The translations under genes and the position numbers were made by a program. From assembly GCA_045837725.1 (NCBI GenBank), contig JBEWZL010000263.1:1-64000 (forward strand): a DNA stretch of 64,000 nt, given 5' to 3'. Below, piece by piece: positions 13,314 to 25,543 of this stretch (its first letter is position 1; each line of letters opens with the position of its first letter). The DNA comes from Vermamoeba vermiformis. Taxonomy: Eukaryota. The notes beneath the pieces were generated by a model. The model ran no database searches. It was not told where the DNA came from and saw only the letters and a program-made list of their open reading frames with translations.

Positions 13314-14927
13314 CTAATAGGCTGTAATTTGATTGATCTTAGCCAAGAAATGATTGTCAAATTGTTGCAACATCTGCATCATTGCTGGATCTCTGCTAGT
13401 GCACGAACTCATCACATTTTTAACGACTTCAATCAACGAATCAACGGGATGAATCAAGAAGTTACTAATGACATAGCGGCCAAGCTACACGACGATAATT
13501 AGTAAATGCATCCAGACACCTCAGGGACGATTGATGATTATCTCATTGATAAGAGACATTATACTATATAAGCACGTTATTAATGCGTACCATTTGACAG
13601 CGCGGCGATTGCATAGCTTTTTGCCACAAAGAGAGCAAAGGATCGAATCCATTGACCTGTGGATGGACGAAGAGTTAGAACTTGGTTGAATGTACTAGCA
13701 CTAGCATTGACGTACCTTGTCCAACAAGTGCACAGCCACCATGCTGCTGATCATGGCATTAGTACCAGCAGACATATCCCCGATGAAGGGAGGCACATCC
13801 GTGAGTTTGAGGGCTCTAGGCGGCAAATAGGTCTATGGTGGCCTCAAGATCAGCAAGGAATAGAGCGTTAATAATCACCATAATACGTACTTGCATAGCG
13901 ATAACGGAGGTATAATTGGTTACAAAATGAGTCGAAGCAATGACTTCAACGAACAACGCCCAGCCGTGACCAAAACTAAACAAAAAAGTCATTAGTGATC
14001 CATTTTAGAAGAAATTAACGAGCTATTCGCTAGGAAATTAATGCGCGAAAAGCAACACGTTGGTTTCAAATGGTAAATTCGCTTGTACCGGTGGTACTTA
14101 CGCGTATTCAGTAGTAGACAACTGATTTGCTTCATCCTTGAACATGGTAATGCAAGACTTAATGGTATAAGTATGAGCATCCCACACTAAGTCAAGCAAC
14201 TGGTCCGCGGTCACTGGATGTACCAAAAATAATCAGATTAATCATTTTGTAACGACAAATTTAAGTTACGTACTCGATGAACCTTTTTGGCAGCTTTGAA
14301 TACCCTTCATAGCATCTCGCCAATAGGACATGAGAGTTTGGTCGCACGAATCTGCAGTGGTACAAAACTTGTTGGGGCCGGAGTTTGCAGCCTTGATAGT
14401 TACTTCAGGGACCATTCCGAGCTCAGCAGCAGCAAGGTAAGGAGGGATAGTAAGATAATAGTTCATGGCTATAATATTCGAATATTAAATTCCGAGATCC
14501 TTATAGGTAAAATACGTACCAGCCCACCAACTGGTTGGCGAGATGCTGTCTCCTCGATTGAATAATCGACCGGAATTATATTGCCAATTAAATTGCAAAG
14601 CAAAACCCCAAAACCAATTGGATTTGTCGTTCGATGTATCGCCCATCCTTAAAATGTTTTAACATTATTAGAAATACGTAATGGCTTAAAAACCTTATAA
14701 TATTCTTACTGAGGTGCAAGAGTAGCGTTAATGAGGGGTGCCCAAAGCGACGAACGTCCTGAATAGAGCCAAGGATCTACGGTTGCAGCCTTATAGTAAT
14801 ACAATTAGGTCCAAACTTATAATAATTCTACGTTCTAAGTAATAAATTATTTTAACAATCGTACCGAGCAAAAGGAAGCTGCGGCGAGTAATAACACTGC
14901 CGAAAATATGAGGGATCTGAACTGCAT
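13314..14927 (-). CDS. LEG1: LEG1 (liver-enriched gene 1) family secreted protein
   Basis: Signal peptide MQFRSLIFSAVLLLAAASFCS. The spliced core SNWFWGFALQFNWQYNSGRL...ISPTSWWAAMNYYLTIPPYLAAAELG, together with LWDAHT, FGHGWALFVEVIASTHF and LPPRAL, matches the LEG1 motifs as recalled. Confidence 0.85.
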
Positions 14928-15119
14928 CTCTTCGGTTGTGTACTAATAGGGTTGGTGCCTAAATAAACCTTTTTACAGTCCTCCTTCCAAAAACGTACAT
15001 GTTACCAAATATAGATATCTTCTGTTCGTAGAAAACCATTCAAAGAAGTCAAAACATAATAATTTTGTTTTTAATTTGATTAATTTCGGGTATGAATAGG
15101 AAGGTGGGTTTTTTGCCCT

Positions 15120-18100
15120 TTATTTTTTCATTACATTGGTATTATTGCCATTTTCTTCGAGTTCAACTGATTCGTCCAGCTTTCCTTCCAACAAATTCGT
15201 AATGCTGCCGGATCGCTGCAAACTCGGCTTGTTGGCAACGAGCACGGAGAAACTGCTTGACTTGACGAGCTGAGGCTTGTTGTCCTTGCCAGTCACGACT
15301 TGGGTGTCGTTGTTAACGTCGTTGTTGCGCATGTAGGTGATGTGCTCGATGGTGTTTTTAACGATGAAGCGCACGACTGTGACTTGCTTAGTTTGGCCTT
15401 GACGATAAGCACGACCAATCGCTTGTGACTCCACAGCCTGTGCTTCTTTTTTCGTGCCACTCACGGGGTCTACAATGAAGCATGAGCGGGATGAAGCCGA
15501 GGACGTGATTCAAAAGGACTTACCTAACAAGATGACGTGACTGGCCTCCATCAAGTTGGTGCCTGAGGCTGCACTTTGCAACGACAAAATGATCACACGC
15601 ACATCGGTGTCTTTTTTGAAGTTTGTGATGGCCTTTGTCTTACGCCACACATTACTATCATCGACGTTAATATTCTATTACATGCAGGAGTGAAACAAGA
15701 CAACGTACCCTTCGACGAACACGTGCTCAATGTTGTGTTCAGTGAACAGCTCTGATGCATTCTTCAACACTTGAGGGAACTGCAGTACGTTAGCCAAGGC
15801 AAGTATTCAGAGAGTTTTATCGACTTACCGATGAGAAGACAATGGCGCGGTTCTCTGGGTTCTTCAACAACTTTCTCATGAACGCGACAACACTCGCCAT
15901 CTTCGAGCCGTGAAACTCGACCATATCGAGCTGTGCTTCTTTTTCTTCCTTTTCTGAGTCCTTTTTGATGGCTTTCAATGCCTCCTTCTTTCTCTTGTCG
16001 TACTTGGGCTGCAAAAATAAAGCGTGTTAGTTGTTTTGAGGCCTTAAAGTCCAATCTCGGGTGGCTTACGTAATCCTTGAGCTGCGCAATCATATTCTCG
16101 AAACGAGCAATCTTGTTCTCAGCCTTGGTAATCTCCTTGTTGAGGTTATTGATTTCTTTCTCGTAGAACGCTGCCTTGGCGGGATTGGTCAACAACGCCT
16201 CTTTGCGATCGAGGGTCTTTTGTTTAACGGCGCGTTCGAGCTCTGCTTTGCTCTCCTTCTGCCAACGAACATCGTTCTGTAGCGTTCGGTAAGAAACAAG
16301 ATGTCTAGTGAAAGTTAAGTTGAACTTACCAATTTCTGATTGGTCAAATTCTCTGCGAACATCGACAACGAGACGGTCTGACTGAACGAGCACAACAGAC
16401 GACGATTATCTATAAATTGATGTGTTAGCGATCATGGCTTGATCAGCTTATGAACTACATCACTTACATTCTTCATCGACCGGATCCATGCCTTCGTACA
16501 TAATCTTTTCGAGCTCTGAAAACTCGAGCAGCACCAAGTCCTCGACGCAATCAGGGATCTCATACTCGCCTTTGACACTCTCTTTGGTGTGTCTCCAGTA
16601 CAGCGTGCGCAACAGAACATCGACAATAGGCATGCTGCAATAGGGTTAGCGTTGCATTCTTTCGCAACTATTTTGATACGTACATTTCAGGTCCAATGTT
16701 CCACGTGTTCGGTTGAATGCCAAGTGATGTCGGATTGACCACAATGTACTCGAGCAGTGTCAAGATTGTTAGACTAGCGTAATAATGTTATTGTTATTCG
16801 CATGGGGCAAGTCAAGTGAATTCGAACAAAGGACTTACTGATTCGGGAACGGCGTGCCAGTGACGTACCACAAGCTGTTGTAGTGTAAGAATGGATAGCT
16901 GCACTTGTAGAACTCTTGTACGATGTACTCGTGTGCTTCGTCCATGACAATTCTGTGGAACTTGAAGTGTTCCAACAGCGGGCAAGTCTTCGCCATCGGA
17001 TCTTTGGCACGATGCACGGCCTAAAAGGAAAGGCTTAGTACTCGTCGGTTGCAGTTACAGACACACGTCCTCGTACCTTTAACTGATTGGTCACCCAAGC
17101 AGGTCGTTCGAGCTGTGCGGCTCGTTTCTTAATGTACGTGCTCTTCGTGGTGCCCGTGTAGAAATAATTCGGGTTTTGCATCAATTGATACGTAAAGATA
17201 ATCACATCGTAGTTGACGAAATCATCGTACGAGTACGCCTTGAGCTGGTTGATGGTCGAGCAAAGAGCGACCTTCAAGTCTGACACCTTTTCTATCTCCT
17301 GTTGCCACTGCTTGGCAAGGTGATTCGGGCACAGCACTAGTCATATTAGACTCATGGGTAAGACCAAAGACTGAGTTAAAACGCTTACCTAATGTAGCGC
17401 GTGAATTGAATGGCTCGTCTCGTTCAACTTCGTCCGGATCAACATCGGTAGGATTGGCCAAAATAAGACCGATAACTAAGCACTACATTAACACGTGCTT
17501 TGGATATTAGCCTTTACAAACATACCTTCCATTGTTTTTCCTAGACCCATTTCATCAGCGAGAATGCCTCCACGAGGAGTTAGCACAGACACGTGGCTGC
17601 TGGCAGACTCGGGCAGCACGAACTCTTTGCCGTAAAAATCACTTCCGTTGCGCAGCAAGATGTCAGAGCGTGCTGTTCGCCAGGGAATAGCGCGACAGAA
17701 CGAGATGCCGCTCTTCATTAGATCGTTCTCCACGCCCTTCATCCACGAGATCGCATCGAGTTGGTACTTGTACAACTTGATGCCCTTAAAGCCCTCGGGC
17801 TGTTTCTCAGCCGTAAGTGATTTCTGCTCATAATTAGCGATGGGCTGCAGAGGTACGGGACGATGTTACCTTTGGAATGTACGGGCCTTTCGAGTTGAGT
17901 AAGTCATAGACTGACATCTGGAACGCGTCTTGCATGGCGGTTTGAATGAATGTCTCGCCAGGGATTCGCTTCTTGCCGCTTCGCACTAACGTCTCAAAGC
18001 TGCACGAAAAAAGTACGATGAGCACGTGCACCTACTACTTGACGGGACTTTGCAGGACTTACCGTCGCACGTTGATATCAATCTCGACCTTCCACAGACG

Positions 18101-19130
18101 AGTGTTGTCAGTGATGTTCCATAATTGGTATTTTTCTTCGGTGGCTTGAGCGATAGTGGTCGGAATGATTTTAACGTTCCACAACTTGTCGTCGCGCAGA
18201 TCGAGCGCAGAAGGCAGCACATTGAGCGTGCTGTTTTGCTTAGGAAATAATTTCGCATAACCAACTACATCTTCGTCCTTATCCCAGAGCTATCACAAAT
18301 AAATCTCGTTAGATCCTTATTTGAAACAGTGTAACGGTCGAAATTCAAAATATGCGTATTTACCTCGTAAAATTGTTGCCATGAGTGTTGTTGAAAAGGC
18401 GTAACAATATTAAAACTGACTGGCGTTCCTTTATGCTTCTCTAAATAAGTGTCGCGTTCTGCGAGCAACTCCATCTCTTGAGGCGATCCAGGAGTGATGT
18501 AAGTGAATGCTAAAATAGCAAATAATTATTTAATATTTGACGACAGTTCAAGATTCAAAAAGCAGCTAATAATTTAAGCAAAATTTAATTAATTAAATTA
18601 CGCGAAGTTTAAAATTGACTTACCGTTGTAGTTTGGATTATTAGGCGAATATGATACCAAATTCTCCACAAATAATAAGGAAGCTGCCAAATGCCAACCC
18701 AAAGCCTCATCTTGGCTCAGTTGACCCCAACGGGTAGAAACGAATCTGCAATTCCAAAGCTCTTTGCGATGCAAGTAAGTGAATATTTGGAACAAAATTT
18801 CATCAGGTAAAATGTTTCCCCATAAATCTTCGGGATCGGCAGCAAGGATCTGCGTGGCAGCTCTCGTCAGCTTGGGTTTGGTTGGTGTAATTGCAAGTGG
18901 CTCCTCATCTTTCTTTTCTTCAACAACTGCCTTTGCTTTCGACGCACCACGAGCTAGTTTTGGTGTAACGGTGACTTTAGCCGCAGGCTGGTTTCAATCT
19001 CCATCCGCTCCTCATCTTGCTTTTTCTTCAAATTACTCGAGGCCTTCTTTGCTAGTCTTGGTTTTTTAGTCACTGGCTGTTCTTCTTCAGGCTCGGCTTC
19101 TTTTACGACTCTCTTTCGCTTAGGCGGCAT
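15120..19130 (-). CDS. F-box-containing SNF2-family ATPase (Rad5/SHPRH-like); apparent 1-bp frameshift near 18993
   Basis: F-box LPDEILFQIFTYLHRKELWNCRFVSTRW; Walker A GGILADEMGLGKT; RIVMDEAH; YVTGTPF; SGTNLMEASHVILL; QAIGRAYRQGQ. Confidence 0.88.
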
Positions 19131-19223
19131 CGTGGTCTTTCAAATGAGATATTTATTCGAAATGGAATTTTGGCGCTGGAACCAAAAACGATAGTCTTGG
19201 CACGTGCTTTTATAATCTTTACT

Positions 19224-22200
19224 TTAGTACTTCGATTGTGATAATTTTTTGACTACTTCAGACATCGTTGGTCGTTCTTCTGGATCCTGAGCCCAACACT
19301 GCGAGATCAGATCCCGCAACACTTGCGGACACGTGTCAGGAATTTGGAGACGCTTGCCTTGTATTACAAAATCAGCTACGTCCCAAGCATACCTGAATTC
19401 ATTATAAGGTTGCGCTTGTGCGATGATTGCCCACATGAGAATGGCAAAACTGTACACATCCGCACTTCGCTCGTACTTTTCGTTTTTCAAGATTTCTATG
19501 AAGCATTAGACGAGTCACAAGCATTCCATATGAGTCTGCTTACCGACTGCCATATAAGCTGGGGTTCCAACACCCTTTGTGAACTTGCTGGTCACTTGCT
19601 CAGTAGCAGATCGAGCAGTTCCAAAATCAGCAAGTTTGACGTTCACTATTGCATCTTTCGAAGTCGACACTACGAGCACATTCTCTGCTTTGATATCTCT
19701 ATGCAGAATATTGTTGCTATGAAGATATTCAAGCGCTTCTGCAATATCTTTGATAATCTTGAGTTTCAAGCCAAAATCGAGAGGTGGACCTTCCAACAGT
19801 TTCTGCAGACTTCCTTGCGACATAAACTCGGTCAAGATGGCCAATTTTCCAGGCACTCGAGACGCTCCGATGAATTGTAGAACGCCTTTGTGATGCAAGT
19901 TCATCATCATACGCACTTCTTGCTCGAACTCACGGTAGTACTCGGCTTCCATGTCTTGGATCTACAATGTCGTGGGTCAATACATTAACTGAGAGGACCT
20001 ATTGAGCACTTACTTTAAGAGTCTTATAAGCTACTATTTGGCCTTTGTAAATGGCTCGGAAGACTGCGCCAAAGCCTCCTTCACCGATGGCAGGGTATTC
20101 TGGCTTGACATCGTCGACATCGATCCACGTGGACGGCTCACTTGCGGCATCAAACTCGATCAATGTGTAGATGCTCTCCTCGGGTAGTTCGATCCAAAAT
20201 GACACTTTTGTCTTTGTGGTCATTGTGAGTGTCAAGCGAATGTTGACATCTGTTGACAGGCCGTGAGGTATCTCGAACACTTGAGGGTCAAACTGCAGTC
20301 TGTACTTTGGCGAGTTAACAGGTCTAAGCTGCACCACAGTTCGGTTGTGAAGTAATTTGTCGTAAAGAGAACCTTTCTTTGATGACTTGCCGAGTGACTG
20401 AATGTTGAACGAGTCAGTGGCCATTTGATCGACCACTAACAAATTGCCTCGTGTTCCAAACTTGAAGTTGGTCTTCGAGAGCTTAATAGGCATGTCCTCA
20501 AGAAGTTTAAATGTAAAATCTTCAGGCGGTGACGACTCCTTGTCGACGTGAGCTGAAGACAAAGTCAACATTTCCACACGGGACTTCAAGTCCTCGATGC
20601 GTTTTCGTCTTCGGATTAAGAACATGGTAAGCACGACACTTCCGACAATAAATATGGTGCCCAAAGGTATCACGATGCCGAGAATTAGCGGGTAGGGACT
20701 TTTTTCCGGTTCAGTGCAGCTGATGCTGGCTTGGATCGCATTTCCATTGACTTGCTTGTGCACGGTACACAAGGGATTGCCAATAGCCGTCACTCTGAAT
20801 GAACCTGCGGCTATACTTCCACATCGCGTGGAGAAGATGTTGAGGTTTGGAATCACGTTGCTGGTGTAGTCACTGACGTCCAGTTGAACTTCGCCTTCGA
20901 GTGTCAAACACTGAACGTTTACGACGTCCAGTGGCTTCATGATAAGTACACCTCCGTCTTCGAGAACCAGGTCTGTCGAGCGTTAGAACATGTTCGTAAT
21001 CTCATATTGCAAAACGTACTAGACAAGGAAGTCGAGTTGTCGTAAGTGACTACTGAGCCTGCAGGGACTACCAACGAGGATGAACTAGCGCAGTTATCTG
21101 GTGCCTCGTTAGTATATTCTTTTGCGTGGGTTAATGCAAACCTGTAGTCGAACAAATGTACGGGCGATTGGAGCAACAAAACGTGTTGTCACCCATGTTG
21201 CACGAGACACCAGGAGTTCCGTACATGAATTTGTCGGGTAGCGTAATACAACCGTACAAGTAGTTGCTTTTGACGTTAATTATGTTCAAACTAGCCACAC
21301 TGGACAGTGACGGCAATGTGCCAGTGAGTCGATTGAATGCAACCGAACTACAGAGATTCAATTAGACACTAGGGACCTAGGACTTAATGTGATGTGCTTA
21401 CTATTCGATAAGAGATCGAGAAGTTGCGATCTTTGACGATATTGTGCCTTGCAGTTGATTGTTAGACAAGTTCCTGTCATGACACGTTAGCGCTCTCTTT
21501 GACACCTGTCATTCATCAGCACTTACACCACTTGGAGCGGGATCGAATAGAGTTCGTCAGGTATTGTGCCAGTCAACATGTTGTTGTGCAAAAGTAGGCG
21601 TTGCAGTCCACGAGCCTTCGTCAAGTCAAGTGGAATAGTGCCGGTCAGTTGATTGTGATTGGCCGAAAAAGTCACCAATCGTGGTAAGTTGCCAATTTCA
21701 GGTGGAATTGTGCCAGTAAATTCGTTGTTATTTAGCAAGAGATGTGTTAATTGAGGCAGCTCGCCAAAAATCGCGGGAATTGTGCCCGTCAATCTACTTT
21801 GACCAACGTTGAATGTCTCCAATGCACGCAACGTTGAAATACTTGCAGGAATAGTGCCTGAGAATTGATTGCCTTGGGCACTAAATGTTGTTAATCTCGA
21901 CAGGAATCCAATGCTGTCTGGAATGACACCTGACAGCTGATTGTTGTCCAGCAGTAATGTCCTCAAGTTTGACAGTGTTCCGACCCACGTGTGAATGGTA
22001 CCAAAGAACTGATTGTGCGAGAGACCGATCCAAGCCAAGTTTTGTGCTTGATACAGCTGCGTCGGTATCGTGCCCGTCAGTTGATTAAAGTCCAGGGAAA
22101 TCGCGTCCAATAATTGCATGGCGTTAATAGTCGCTGGAATAATTCCCGTGAGCTGATTGTATTGCAAATATATTTGTCGGCATGATGACAGCTGAGTGAT

Positions 22201-23123
22201 GGTGTTTGGAATAGTGCCATTAAGCTGATTGGAGTGTAGATACAAATTTTGCAAGTTGATCAAATTGTTAATGCTGTCGGGGATCGTGCCCGTAAGTTGA
22301 TTACTAAATAAGTAAAAATGGGTCATGTTGACAAGATTTGTAAACATAGATTCTGGAATTGTGCCAGTCAATTGATTTTCGAATAAATGCAGTTGACCCA
22401 CGTTCGTTAGCTGACCAAATGACTCTGGTATAGTGCCTGTCAGATTATTTCGACTTAATGCTAATATTTCTATGCGTCGTAGTTGTCCAAGTTCTTCTGG
22501 AATTGTGCCTGTGAGTCGATTTGAAAATAAATGAAGCCTGGTTAGCTGCGTGAGGGATCCAAGTGACTTTGGGATAGTGCCGTGAATCATATTATTGAAT
22601 AAATAGAGTCCTACAATCAAACAAGAAAATAAATAAAAGAAATCACAATGGATGTCGGCATACCTAGCATTTGACTCATTGAGCCATACTCTTCGGGTAT
22701 TGTGCCAGTAAATTGATTAGAATTTAAGTCCAAAAATGCTAAGCTCGGCATCTGCGCAATAAAATGAGGCAGCGTTCCTGTCAGGGCATTCGAAGACAAG
22801 TAAAGCTGAGCCAATACTGTCAAATTTTTAAATGACGCTGGCAATGTTCCTTGGAGATTATTTGACGGTAAAGAGATCGAAAATACACGAGGCCCGTCAA
22901 CCCAACCACATTGGATGCCATACCAGAGACATTTTGATATTGAAATATTAAGCCAATTAGTCTGCTGAGTCCAATTTTGACCACTAGTTGCATAATAAAA
23001 TTCTCTTAATATTTCTAGCTCTGTGTCATTTGGATCGATCGGGATAACTTGTTGATCGGCGCAGATGGCGGGAGAATGGAGTTGTAATATTAGAACAACT
23101 ACAAATAAATATATTCCCCGCAT
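19224..23123 (-). CDS. LRR receptor-like transmembrane kinase (TKL group)
   Basis: Signal peptide; LRRNT (CLWYGIQC); about 19 24-aa LxLxxNxLTGTIP repeats; TM helix LILGIVIPLGTIFIVGSVVLTMFLI-RRRKR; kinase motifs GEGGFG, HRDIKAEN, DFG, DVYSF. Confidence 0.93.
21523..22870 (-). repeat. Coding tandem 72-bp LRR repeats
   Basis: Recurrent GGAATTGTGCC/GGAATAGTGCC units every ~72 nt encode the GTIP of 24-aa LRRs. Confidence 0.85.
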
Positions 23124-23238
23124 TTTAAACGAGTTGTGCTGTAGTGACACATGTTATATAAAAAAATCAGAAGTTTCGTCGACACATTGCCTAAACGAAC
23201 ACAAAAACATATTTTTGTTTATTAAGCGATACAAAATA

Positions 23239-25463
23239 TTATGCGCTCTCAGTTTCAGTTTGTTGTATCTTTCTATTGAACTCGATCTGCTGCATGTATT
23301 TTGACACGGAGATCCAATGCGAGGTCTGCAGCTTCTTTACAGTCTTGCTGTTTGTATCAGAAGGCTTAGCATTGACTTTCAACATGCTGATCAACCACGC
23401 AACAGCACGAGAAACAACACTGAGCTTCTTGCGTGCAATCTTGTAGCGGTTCAACACATCTCGTTCAGCTGCGAATCTGTTGTTCAGTCGACCGATCCAC
23501 TTGAACATTTCACCTTTCACAATGTGCTCTATGTCGTGTGGCATGGATTCGAGGTTCGTTTGCTCGAGCACGTGACGTTTCTTGATCCACGCGGCCACTT
23601 CTTCTTGCAGCTGTTTCTTCAGGCCGTCAATGTCAACGCCGAACACGAGCTGTGAAATCTTTTCAGGCAACTCAGTGTCACCTTTATCGTGTCGAAGTAT
23701 CAAGTCTGACTCGATGGTTGTTACGTGGTGCAACATGTGGTGAATCTTCGAAGTGGAGTTTTCATCTTTTAACTCTGACGTGATGCGCTTCTCAGCCTCT
23801 TCTTTTGCTTGTTTGAACTCTCGTAACGCTGTTTGATAGACGGACCATGGAATCAGAGAAGCGATGGCTGTGAGTGCTGCTGCGGGGGTCATGTCGTAAC
23901 ACGTGTGAATGCCTGCTGTCTTGAGTAAGGTTAGAACGAGCACTAGAACGGTATCTGTGACTTACTGCTAGCGACACTGCGTAATCACTCGTCGTCACGC
24001 CTTCAATGCATTCAGTGCACACGAGCACTGGCAGCACTTGCATGTGATAGATGATGAATTCTTTCAACTCTGCTGGTCCATTGCCGCTTCCATAAGCCAC
24101 GAGGACAATCGCATCAGAGTCATTTTTCAGAGCATTCAGCGCGCTGAAACTGAAGCCGGGGTACAAATGAAACACGTGCACTTTTTCGCTGAGAAGGCGC
24201 AAGTGATTAAGTCTGTTTTCAGACATGCTCAAGATGTCCTCGTTGATGTCTTCAATCTGGGAGTCCTCCCAAACAAGTGTACCCGACGTCTCTAACTTGA
24301 CAGGATCTAATTTTCTATTGAAGGTTCGAAAGGCGTTGAAATTGTTGGCGTGAACTTTACGGATCTTCGCTGGATGCAGTAACTTGCCATTGAACCAGAC
24401 CCAGACCATGCCGATGCGAGGGAACTCATTCTGTCCTTGTTGGTGAATAATATTGATGGCTCCTATCAAATTAGACACTGCATCGCTGTTCGGATCGTCC
24501 CAGTGTTTCATGGATGCCGTAAAAATGACCGGGACTGGATCTCGTGGCAACGCGAAGTGCAGCGCTTAACAAATACATTAGGCATTGTATATTTTGACGT
24601 ACATGTAGTATGACTTACCTGCAGCTGTGTACATGAGAGTATCAGATCCGTGGATGACAACAATCCCTCGATACTTTGGGCGTCGTTCGTTAATCAACAC
24701 AGCGAGTTCGTTCCACTTCTGCGGCACCATTTTCGAGGAATCAATGCCCTCTGGGAACACCTCTTCCCACACCAGCTTATTCAGATCGAACTCCTAAAAA
24801 GGTAATCGTGGTTATATTGCAAAGTCGAGAAAGTTAAAATGGCAAGAGCCATAATTAATGTACTCACTAGGGTGGCCAGCAATGCTTGTCGGTCTGTTAA
24901 TCGCTGGCGAGATCTGGATCGCGATTTGGCTTCGGCAATTTCATCTTCAAATTGTTTCTTAAAAGCTGAGGAATGTTGTCCGCTTGCCAATTGATTATTT
25001 TCGTCGCGGACACTCGTAAGCGTACCGCCAGTATGCAAAATCAAGACCTAAAATTGAGATCAGGATCGCGCAAAGTAAGTAATCAATTTAGACTTACGGG
25101 AAGCTCAGCGCCTTCTAATGACTTCTCTATTAGGCTCGCCTGCTCTTCTAATTTATTATGAATGGCCTGTATTGCATCGTCTACTTGGGCTGCATCGGTA
25201 ATTATTTGAGTTCGGACTCCGCCTTTGTGCATCTCGTTTATGGATGCAGCAAGGGAGTCAATTTCACTTCGAAAAGTCGTCTCATCTATTGGTTTATCGG
25301 AATAAAATAATAAAAGCAAATTATCCTCGTAAGAAAAGAGCATATGAATCAGATCGAACGGAGGTATTTGCGCGAGACGTAAATTGTCGATTCGCGCGTG
25401 CAACAGCTGATATAAAGCTGAAACCCCGTTTTCAACGGATACTTTGAGCACTGTTCTATGCAT
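23239..25463 (-). CDS. Type I (cytosolic) asparaginase/glutaminase-fold protein with N- and C-terminal extensions
   Basis: LHTGGTLT, DSSKMVPQKW, VIHGSDTLMYTAA, RKVHANNFNAF, LYPGF, YGSGNGP, DMTPAAALT. Confidence 0.85.
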
Positions 25464-25543
25464 TTGTAAATTTAGAAAGAATAATTTTTTCGATCCAATT
25501 TTCAGAGCGGATGTAGCGCGATGTTACGTACGCAGTTGTGTGA

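Noticed and set aside
16432-16626. CCARC as the RING finger of the SNF2 gene
   Set aside because: It lies in an alternative frame. The coding frame there reads as SNF2 core sequence (VLLRTLYWRHTKESVK).
20937-20945. Frameshift between overlapping ORFs in the receptor kinase
   Set aside because: Explained by a canonical intron (GTACGT...CTAAC...CAG) at about 20974-21019.
21523-22870. CRISPR-like regularly spaced repeats
   Set aside because: These are degenerate coding LRR repeats in a eukaryotic gene, with no identical repeats or cas genes.
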